DNA of 6,857 nucleotides from Verrucomicrobia bacterium UBA3869. GTDB taxonomy: Bacteria; Verrucomicrobiota; Verrucomicrobiia; Opitutales; UBA9783. This document shows, in pieces, positions 1 to 6,341 of this stretch. The translations under genes and the position numbers were made by a program. Below the pieces are notes generated by a model, which worked only from the letters and a program-made list of their open reading frames with translations, was not told the DNA's origin and did not search any database. Numbering within the stretch: the stretch's first letter is position 1; every line of letters begins with the position of its first letter. The DNA is taken from positions 1 through 6,857 of the forward strand of contig DGGR01000026.1 in NCBI GenBank assembly GCA_002392285.1. The letters run 5' to 3'.

Positions 1-2382
1 GGGGATTTTTATGAAATGTTCTTTGGCGATGCCGAAACGTGCGCGCGCATCTTAGGACTTACCTTAACGCAGCGCAATGGAATGCCGATGGCAGGTATTC
101 CGTTTCATGCCTCTGAAACCTACATTGATAAATTGCTAAAAGCCGGCAAAAAGGTGGCTATTTGCGACCAAATGGAGGAACCTAAGCCTGGCAAGTTGGT
201 CGATCGTGCGCTTACCCGTATTCTAACCCCAGGAACGGTTTTGGAGGATGCGCAAATAGAAGCAAGCTCCAATCAATACATTGTGTGTGTCGATCAACAA
301 AGTGAATTGCTGTGTGCAGCGTGGATGGATCTATCTACCAGCGAATTTAAAATTGCCTCTGAAAGCGATATTGATAGCCTGATTTCATTCTTAATATCGC
401 TCAATCCAAAGGAAATTGTTATCTCGGAATCGCTCACGTCTGAGCAGCGCAACCGTTTAACCTACTTGCTTCAAAATCGTGCGGTTTCAACCGTACCCTC
501 GTACTTATTCAATGCCGTTAATGCTCGAAGCCATCTCGAACAATTATTTGAAGTGCAGCATTTGGATGGGTTTGGGTTAACCACCGATGAACCTGCGTTA
601 AGCTGTGCAGACGCGCTGGTTTTCTACATCACCGAAAACTTATGTCATTCGCCTAAAAATTTAAAGAAGCTAACGCGTTATCATTGCAAAAAAGCATTGT
701 TGATGGACTCCGCAACGGCGCAAAACTTGGAAATTTTCCAAACCCAACGAGGAACACGCGAAGGCTCTTTGTGGCAATTTCTGGATGTTGCTAAGACGGC
801 CGCTGGAAGCCGATTGATCCAACGCTTTTTAATCAGCCCATTGATTGATTTGGAGGAAATTACTTACCGCCAAAATTGCATTGAAGCGTTTTATAAAGCC
901 TCTATGGCGACCCACGCACTGCAATCCTATCTGCCGCGAACCCGCGATATAACGCGTATTCTAGCGCGTCTGCATAATCGCTTACGTTCTCCACGCGAAT
1001 TAGGAGCGATTTTAACCACCCTGCAGCAACTGCCCGCCATTCAAACCTTGGTTAATCAAATTCCATCGGATGAACTGCGCGCATTAGCTCAAAAAATCCA
1101 GCTGTTCGATGAACTGAAAACCTTGCTGCAATCCGCATTGAACGACGATTTACCCAATGATCTTTTGGCGGGAGGATACATCCGTTCTGGCTATGACCCA
1201 ACCTTGGATCATTTGCGTTCAGCGCAGCAGGAATCCCAAGAATGGTTGCAGCGCTTTGAGGAACGAGAACAGCAATCCACCGGCATTCGTAACTTGCGGG
1301 TTAAGTACAATGCAGCTATCGGATACTTTATCGAAGTCTCAAAATCCAATGTCAGTTTGGTCCCCTTGCATTACATCCGCAAAAAAACCTTAACCCATTA
1401 CGAACGCTATTCGACAGAGGCTCTTAAAGCTAAAGAGGATTTTATTCTTCATAGCCGCGAACGCGCGTTGGAAAAAGAACGCGAACTGTTTATCGAGCTT
1501 ATTGATGCAGTTTTAGTTCAATCGGATGCGTTACAAAAGACGGCCGATGTCCTAGCACATTTAGATGTGTTTTCTGCCTGGAGCACATTAGCAAGGATCG
1601 GTAACTATTGCCGGCCGGTGGTTGATAACAGCACGGTATTTGAAATTGAGGCAGGACGTCACCCCATTGTAGAAACCGCCCTGCGTTCATCCATAGAACC
1701 GGTCGACTTTACCACTAACGATTTATCCCTCGATTGCACTCAGCATCAAATTATGGTGCTAACGGGACCCAATATGGCCGGAAAATCAACGTTTATCCGT
1801 CAAAACGCTATCATTGCCCTTATGGCTCACATCGGATGCTGGGTACCTGCAACCCATTGCCATTTAGGATGGGTCGACCGCATTTGTTCGCGGGTTGGAG
1901 CCAATGATAATCTAGCCAACGGACAGTCAACCTTTATGGTGGAAATGCTAGAAACAGCCGCCATTCTCAACAATGCTACCAACCGAACCTTTATTGTTTT
2001 GGATGAAATCGGAAGAGGAACCGGTACGGATGATGGTCTTAGCATCGCCCAAGCGGTTATTGAATTTTTGCATCAGGATCAGGAACAAGGGCCACGCACG
2101 CTATTTGCCACCCATTATCACGAACTCAAGCAATTAGCTGAAATCTACCCGCGTATTTTCAACATGCATGTCACGGTTAAAGAATGGGAAGATAAGATTA
2201 TTTTCATGCATCATATTTGTCCTGGGAGTAGCAGCCGTTCTTATGGAATCCAAGTGGCTAAGTTAGCTGGCCTTCCGGAATGGGTAATTGAACGTGCTAA
2301 AGTTCTCTTAGCGCATTTGGAACAGCATCGGGAACATACCGATTCGCTCCTATGCCAAGCATCAAACAACGGTAATGATTGA
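1..2382 (+). CDS. mutS: DNA mismatch repair protein MutS (5'-partial; true start lies upstream of the window)
   Basis: Frame 1 is open from nt 1 and reads GDFYEMFFGDA. This is the conserved MutS mismatch-binding Phe-X-Glu motif (E. coli GDFYELFYDDA), so the ATG at 16 is internal. Other family motifs are present: Walker A GPNMAGKST, Walker B region VLDEIGRGTGTDDG, FATHYHEL, and the C-terminal helix-turn-helix YGIQVAKLAGLP. Stop TGA at 2380-2382. Confidence 0.95.
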   Translation, partial: GDFYEMFFGDAETCARILGLTLTQRNGMPMAGIPFHASETYIDKLLKAGKKVAICDQMEEPKPGKLVDRALTRILTPGTVLEDAQIEASSNQYIVCVDQQSELLCAAWMDLSTSEFKIASESDIDSLISFLISLNPKEIVISESLTSEQRNRLTYLLQNRAVSTVPSYLFNAVNARSHLEQLFEVQHLDGFGLTTDEPALSCADALVFYITENLCHSPKNLKKLTRYHCKKALLMDSATAQNLEIFQTQRGTREGSLWQFLDVAKTAAGSRLIQRFLISPLIDLEEITYRQNCIEAFYKASMATHALQSYLPRTRDITRILARLHNRLRSPRELGAILTTLQQLPAIQTLVNQIPSDELRALAQKIQLFDELKTLLQSALNDDLPNDLLAGGYIRSGYDPTLDHLRSAQQESQEWLQRFEEREQQSTGIRNLRVKYNAAIGYFIEVSKSNVSLVPLHYIRKKTLTHYERYSTEALKAKEDFILHSRERALEKERELFIELIDAVLVQSDALQKTADVLAHLDVFSAWSTLARIGNYCRPVVDNSTVFEIEAGRHPIVETALRSSIEPVDFTTNDLSLDCTQHQIMVLTGPNMAGKSTFIRQNAIIALMAHIGCWVPATHCHLGWVDRICSRVGANDNLANGQSTFMVEMLETAAILNNATNRTFIVLDEIGRGTGTDDGLSIAQAVIEFLHQDQEQGPRTLFATHYHELKQLAEIYPRIFNMHVTVKEWEDKIIFMHHICPGSSSRSYGIQVAKLAGLPEWVIERAKVLLAHLEQHREHTDSLLCQASNNGND

Positions 2383-2995
2383 ACGTAGAGTCTATCATTT
2401 GCGGGGAATTAAACGGTGGTCCGTTATCCCCGTTTATCTTTTGCTGCGCTTATGGCATGCGACGCTGCGCATTAACATAACCCCAGAAGCACGCGCGATA
2501 TTAAATCAACTGGCTAATACCCACTGCGTATTTTACCTATGGCATCGTAACTTGTTTATCGCGCCCATGGTACGGTATTTGCGAAAAGAGCATGCTATGT
2601 ATGGGCTCATCAGCGCTAGCCGCGATGGAGCTTGGCTGGAAGCGCTTGTAAACTGTTTTAACATTGGAGCCATCCGTGGTTCAAGCACATGGCATGGACG
2701 CACCGCTTTGCAAGAATCAGAGGAGAAAATACAAACAGGCGATGTGGTTATTACCCCCGATGGCCCGCAAGGACCCGCGAATCAATGCAAACCCGGGTCA
2801 TTAAAATGGGTCTATACGCAGCATTATCCAACTGTAGCGATTCATCTTGAAGCAACTCGCGCATGGTACCTCAACACCTGGGATCGCTTCTGTATCCCTA
2901 AACCCTTTGCACGGATCACATTAAAGCTACACCCCATACCCAGCGAAGGAATTGATTTCGATACGTTTTACCAAAAAGTTCAGCAACACTTATAA
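2375..2995 (+). CDS. DUF374-domain protein (lysophospholipid acyltransferase-like family)
   Basis: 206-aa ORF. The motifs YLWHRNLF, ISASRDGAWLEAL...IRGSS and ITPDGPQGP match my recollection of the DUF374 (PF04028) consensus (FWHgr.., SrSrDGe...RGSs, tPDGPrGP). The ATG at 2375 overlaps the mutS stop (ATGATTGA). Stop TAA at 2993-2995. Confidence 0.75.
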   Translation: MIERRVYHLRGIKRWSVIPVYLLLRLWHATLRINITPEARAILNQLANTHCVFYLWHRNLFIAPMVRYLRKEHAMYGLISASRDGAWLEALVNCFNIGAIRGSSTWHGRTALQESEEKIQTGDVVITPDGPQGPANQCKPGSLKWVYTQHYPTVAIHLEATRAWYLNTWDRFCIPKPFARITLKLHPIPSEGIDFDTFYQKVQQHL

Positions 2996-3021
2996 AAAAA
3001 CCGTTAACTTTGATAAATTCA

Positions 3022-3050
3022 TTGACAAGAGGAGAATCAACCGCTTTACT
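3022..3050 (+). promoter_or_regulatory. Candidate sigma70-type promoter upstream of rho (-35 TTGACA, 17-nt spacer, -10 TTTACT)
   Basis: Perfect TTGACA at 3022-3027. A 17-nt spacer follows, then TTTACT at 3045-3050 (4/6 match to TATAAT, but lacking the conserved A at -11). It sits in the only sizeable intergenic gap on the plus strand. This is hexamer matching only. Confidence 0.3.
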
Positions 3051-3069
3051 AACGATAAAGTAGGTAATT

Positions 3070-3097
3070 TTTACTTATTCTTTCAATCCTAGATAAT
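3070..3097 (+). promoter_or_regulatory. Alternative candidate promoter (-35-like TTTACT, 16-nt spacer, -10 GATAAT) that would give a near-leaderless rho mRNA
   Basis: GATAAT at 3092-3097 (5/6 to TATAAT), preceded by TTTACT at 3070-3075 (4/6 to TTGACA). The predicted start site, around 3104, is only a few nt before the ATG at 3108. The region is AT-rich, so chance matches are likely. Confidence 0.2.
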
Positions 3098-3107
3098 TCT
3101 ATTATTT

Positions 3108-3536
3108 ATGCCCCAGGATCTTTTCTCGGAAGAAGGAGTCCCTTCAGATGCGCTTGAAATACCTGTTAAAAAATTTACACGACGTCGCATGATGCCCAAA
3201 TCCAATACCAATCAAGGTGAATTGTTAATAAACGCCCCTAAAGAGGTTCAAGAGCCGCCAGCAGAATCGGTAGCCACCCAAGCCACCATTCGTCCTGACA
3301 ATGCTTCCGAAGCGGCGCATACCAACGGCGAAAATTCCAACCAGCCTCAAAATTGGAATAATCGCAACAAGCATGGCAATAAGAATCAACCCAACAAAGT
3401 GGTTAAGCTACCTCCAACGTATTTACAGAAATATCGGTGGTGGATTGGGCAACTCCTCCAATGGCAATTGATTCATAACGCCAATGCCTTAGAAGCGCTT
3501 GCCAATGAGTGTGCCGATCCATCCTTACAGCCTTTT
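3108..3536 (+). other. Coding region for the lineage-specific N-terminal extension of Rho (low-complexity; includes an Asn/Gln-rich tract at 3321-3398 and a Trp-rich segment at 3420-3473)
   Basis: 143 codons of open frame lie upstream of the point where similarity to E. coli Rho residue ~1-10 begins. Order of elements: basic patch [11 protein letters not shown], then [26 protein letters not shown] (13 of 26 residues N or Q), then [18 protein letters not shown]. Confidence 0.6.
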
Positions 3537-4796
3537 GTGCTCAATGATTGGTACGATAAATCCCTAAGTGAGCTTTTGAAAGAAGCACCGGAACAACTAC
3601 GTTCCGCCTACGTGACCCGTAAAGCAATTTTGTACGAAAAAATGCGTTCATCGATCAATGAAAAGCATGCCATTTGGGTAACCGGGGTAGCCACGAAGCT
3701 GCCCAATACTGACGAATGGGCTTTGTGCTACGCGTCCGACAATTACCAACTGCGGGATTTAAGTGCCTATATTCCAAAAGCGTTGGTTCGTTCCTATGGC
3801 TTACGGTGTGGTCAAACCTTACAAGTGCAACTATTTGTATCGCCAACGTACGAACAGTGTCCATGCGTTATTCACATTCAAACGGTTATGGGGAAAAAGC
3901 CGGAAGAAATGCGCAATATTCCTTATTTTAAGGAATTAACCGCTTGTTACCCCAATCAACGCATTTTGTTGGAATCCGAACCCGAGGAGCATTGGGATAA
4001 CCAATCGATGCGTTCGGTCGATATTTTGACCCCAATAGGGTTTGGACAACGCGGAATCATTGTAGCTCCGCCCCGTACCGGTAAAACAGTTCTGCTGCAA
4101 AACATCGCTCATTCGATTGTCAAAAATCAACCCCAAGCGTATTTGATTGTATTGCTGATCGATGAACGGCCTGAAGAAGTCACTGACTTTAAGCATTTAT
4201 TGCCAGGGGTTGAAGTCATCAGCTCAACCTTTGATGAACCACCTGAAAGCCACGTACGTTCCGCAGAAATCGTAATTGAAAAAGCGAAACGTTTGGTAGA
4301 AATGGGCTCTGATGTCATCATTTTGCTCGATTCCATTACCCGATTGGCACGCGCCTATAATACCCTCATTCCCAGCTCCGGTAAGGTATTATCGGGGGGC
4401 GTAGAAGCCAATGCACTGCAGGGACCTAAAGCCTTCTTTGGAGCAGCCCGTAACATTGAACAAGGCGGCAGCTTAACAATTCTAGGAACTGCTTTGATTG
4501 ATACCGGTAGCAAGATGGATGAGGTCATCTTTGAGGAATTCAAGGGAACCGGTAACATGGAAATTTACCTCGATCGTAGCTTGATCGAAAAACGAATTTT
4601 CCCTGCCATCAATATTGAGAAAAGCGGAACGCGTAAAGAGGAACTCTTGTACCATCCGGATGAGCTTAAGAAGATTTATATGCTGCGCCGTGCATTCAAA
4701 AGCTCTGCTTCTTCAACAGGCGCTATGGAATTGTTATTAGAACGCATCCGCGATACCCGCAACAACGTTGAATTCCTCCTATCAATCAACGCTTAA
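3108..4796 (+). CDS. rho: Transcription termination factor Rho, long form (562 aa) with N-terminal extension
   Basis: The C-terminal ~415 aa align by eye along their whole length with E. coli Rho. Shared motifs: Walker [11 protein letters not shown], Walker [13 protein letters not shown]-loop region [23 protein letters not shown]-loop [51 protein letters not shown]. An in-frame stop at 3090-3092 makes the ATG at 3108 the first possible start. The start codon is uncertain; alternatives are ATG 3189/3192 and GTG 3399 or 3537. Confidence 0.93.
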   Translation: MPQDLFSEEGVPSDALEIPVKKFTRRRMMPKSNTNQGELLINAPKEVQEPPAESVATQATIRPDNASEAAHTNGENSNQPQNWNNRNKHGNKNQPNKVVKLPPTYLQKYRWWIGQLLQWQLIHNANALEALANECADPSLQPFVLNDWYDKSLSELLKEAPEQLRSAYVTRKAILYEKMRSSINEKHAIWVTGVATKLPNTDEWALCYASDNYQLRDLSAYIPKALVRSYGLRCGQTLQVQLFVSPTYEQCPCVIHIQTVMGKKPEEMRNIPYFKELTACYPNQRILLESEPEEHWDNQSMRSVDILTPIGFGQRGIIVAPPRTGKTVLLQNIAHSIVKNQPQAYLIVLLIDERPEEVTDFKHLLPGVEVISSTFDEPPESHVRSAEIVIEKAKRLVEMGSDVIILLDSITRLARAYNTLIPSSGKVLSGGVEANALQGPKAFFGAARNIEQGGSLTILGTALIDTGSKMDEVIFEEFKGTGNMEIYLDRSLIEKRIFPAINIEKSGTRKEELLYHPDELKKIYMLRRAFKSSASSTGAMELLLERIRDTRNNVEFLLSINA

Positions 4797-4818
4797 GGCA
4801 ATTTAAACAGAATATTTT

Positions 4819-5577
4819 TTAGAAGAGCGCTCCAGCGGTTGCCCCAACCGCAGTGACTGGTCCTGAATTCTGCAAGCTATCGACAGCCGTATTGACCTTA
4901 TCCAACGCGCTCTCTGCTTTTTTATACAGCTTATCATCATTGATCAGGCGGCCTAAGGAACTATCTTTTTTATTCAGGTTCTCTGAGAACGCCCGTATAT
5001 TTTCTACTATCTCTTTGAGAGATTGGGCTATTTGCGGATCGTTTAACAATTTACCCATCAATCCATCGGTCGATTTTAACTGCTGCGTCACATCGGCAAC
5101 ATTAGAAATGATACGGGTTATCCCCTCCTTGTTGGTTTTGAACACCTCATTTATTTCCTTCAAAACTGTGTTCAAATCTGGTGTAGATTGAGTATATAAT
5201 GATGCACCCGGTTGCAAAGAATGGGATGAGTGCCCTGGTTCGATGGCAATATAATTGGCACCCAACATACCAGCAGTACCGATGAACGCTATGGAATCCT
5301 CTGAAATCGTAATCTCTTTACGAATCATCAATATAGCTACTCCTTTTGCTCCTTCTAAATATAAATCACGGATATGTCCTACCGGTACCCCAGCGATACG
5401 GACATCATCGCCAATTTTCAACTGCTTTAAATCCGTAAAACTTGCTTTTAAAGTAAAGTAATTATCAAGCTTATTGAGCCGTTGCGAACTGCTCAACAAA
5501 GTATAGATAACCGCAATGAGGCTTATCCCTAAAAAGGTAAAAATAAATACACGAATCGCTTCGTATTTGTTCTTCAT
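4819..5577 (-). CDS. mlaD: MlaD-family MCE-domain protein (periplasmic/substrate-binding component of Mla-type lipid ABC transporter)
   Basis: 252 aa. N-terminal membrane anchor AIRVFIFTFLGISLIAVIYTLL. MCE-domain core FTLKASFTDLKQLKIGDDVRIAGVPVGHIRDLYL...GMLGANYIAIEPG. The ATG overlaps the mlaF stop (ATGA, 5574-5577). Stop TAA at 4819-4821. Confidence 0.85.
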   Translation of the reverse strand: MKNKYEAIRVFIFTFLGISLIAVIYTLLSSSQRLNKLDNYFTLKASFTDLKQLKIGDDVRIAGVPVGHIRDLYLEGAKGVAILMIRKEITISEDSIAFIGTAGMLGANYIAIEPGHSSHSLQPGASLYTQSTPDLNTVLKEINEVFKTNKEGITRIISNVADVTQQLKSTDGLMGKLLNDPQIAQSLKEIVENIRAFSENLNKKDSSLGRLINDDKLYKKAESALDKVNTAVDSLQNSGPVTAVGATAGALF

Positions 5578-6341
5578 GCCAAAAAATCTTTAAACTGTGG
5601 TTGCTCGATATTAATAATCGGATTTAAGAAACGATCAATAAAAGAATTATTTGTTTTTAGTAATGTTTCGGGGGTATATAGGGTATCAAACCCACCATTT
5701 TCCAATACTACAATATGCGTACCGATTGTTTTTGCCAATAAAATATCATGGGTAGAAACGACGGTCGTAATCTTTAACGTGCGGTTAATATACCCAATCA
5801 GTTCAATGATGGAGGCTGCTGATATCGGATCTAATTCCGAAGTAGGTTCATCAAACAACAAAACATCTGGCTCCATTAACAATCCGCGCGCCAATGCCAC
5901 CCGTTTGTTCATACCACCGGACAAGCTAAACGGCATCAGTTCTTCGACTCCCTTCAGATTGACGAGCTCCAATGCCCGCTTAATCCGTTTTTTCACCTCT
6001 TCCTCAGAGCAGATGCGATGCTCCCGCAAGTACAGCGCAAGGTTATCAAACACTGATAGGGAATTGAATAACGCCCCTGATTGGAACACCAAGCCTAAGA
6101 CATACCCTTTCTGCTTTTTAGCCTTATTTAAGGGGATATTGTTGATGCAAATCTGACCAGAGGTAGGGGTATCCAACCCAGCCAAGAGCTTTAACAATAC
6201 GCTTTTACCGGTTCCGCTCGGCCCCATGATGACAAAAACCTCTCCCGGCTGAATCGTAAAATTTATCGAATTCAAGACCGTCCGCTGCTCATAAATGCGC
6301 GTCAAATGGTCTATAGTAATTTGTACTGGTGTTGTTTTCAT
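5574..6341 (-). CDS. mlaF: ABC transporter ATP-binding protein, MlaF-like
   Basis: 255 aa. Walker A GPSGTGKS, Q-loop FQSGALF, signature LSGGMNKRVALARG (an LSGGM variant, as in E. coli MlaF), Walker B LLFDEPTSELD, H-loop STHD. It sits between an MlaE-like permease and an MCE protein. Confidence 0.88.
   Translation of the reverse strand: MKTTPVQITIDHLTRIYEQRTVLNSINFTIQPGEVFVIMGPSGTGKSVLLKLLAGLDTPTSGQICINNIPLNKAKKQKGYVLGLVFQSGALFNSLSVFDNLALYLREHRICSEEEVKKRIKRALELVNLKGVEELMPFSLSGGMNKRVALARGLLMEPDVLLFDEPTSELDPISAASIIELIGYINRTLKITTVVSTHDILLAKTIGTHIVVLENGGFDTLYTPETLLKTNNSFIDRFLNPIINIEQPQFKDFLA

Noticed and set aside
1381-1387. An A7 homopolymer inside mutS (CGC AAA AAA ACC) as a possible slipped-strand switch for a mutator phenotype
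   Set aside because: Seven A residues encoding Lys-Lys is within the ordinary range for a roughly 45% GC genome. There is no flanking repeat structure or evidence of variability. A similar A7 occurs at the DUF374 stop (2994-3000).
3030-3037. GAGGAGAA as the ribosome-binding site of an unannotated small ORF in the DUF374-rho spacer
   Set aside because: There is no ATG, GTG or TTG within 5-15 nt downstream, and the downstream frames hit stops quickly (for example TAA, TAG). It is more likely promoter-spacer sequence.
3057-3078. A weak AT-rich inverted repeat (AAGTA ... TACTT) in the rho upstream region as an operator or attenuator hairpin
   Set aside because: It is a 5-bp A/T-rich stem with a 9-nt loop, which is expected by chance in an AT-rich spacer. 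It is followed by no U-tract and has no second half-site.
3271-3420. A C-over-G skew in the early rho coding region as a possible rut site for Rho autoregulatory attenuation
   Set aside because: My hand count gives about 45 C against 26 G over 150 nt. One strongly C-rich 30-nt patch (3271-3300; 13 C, 4 G) is followed by a balanced stretch. This is too modest to distinguish from the codon composition of a Pro/Gln/Asn/Thr-rich peptide. It needs a genome-wide C>G bubble analysis.
3537-3539. An in-frame GTG at codon 144 of rho that would give exactly a 419-aa, E. coli-sized Rho. Other in-frame starts are GTG 3399 and ATG 3189/3192.
   Set aside because: I did not adopt it as the primary call. It has no SD or other initiation signal, and the 143 upstream codons stay open right back to a stop just before the first ATG, which argues that the long form is real. 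It remains the main way the extension finding could be wrong.
4766-4791. A possible stem (CGTTGA ... TCAACG) at the 3' end of rho, with a T6 run downstream, as an intrinsic terminator
   Set aside because: The stem is only 6 bp with a 14-nt loop, lies inside the coding sequence, and the T-run is about 24 nt away. This is not a credible intrinsic terminator geometry.
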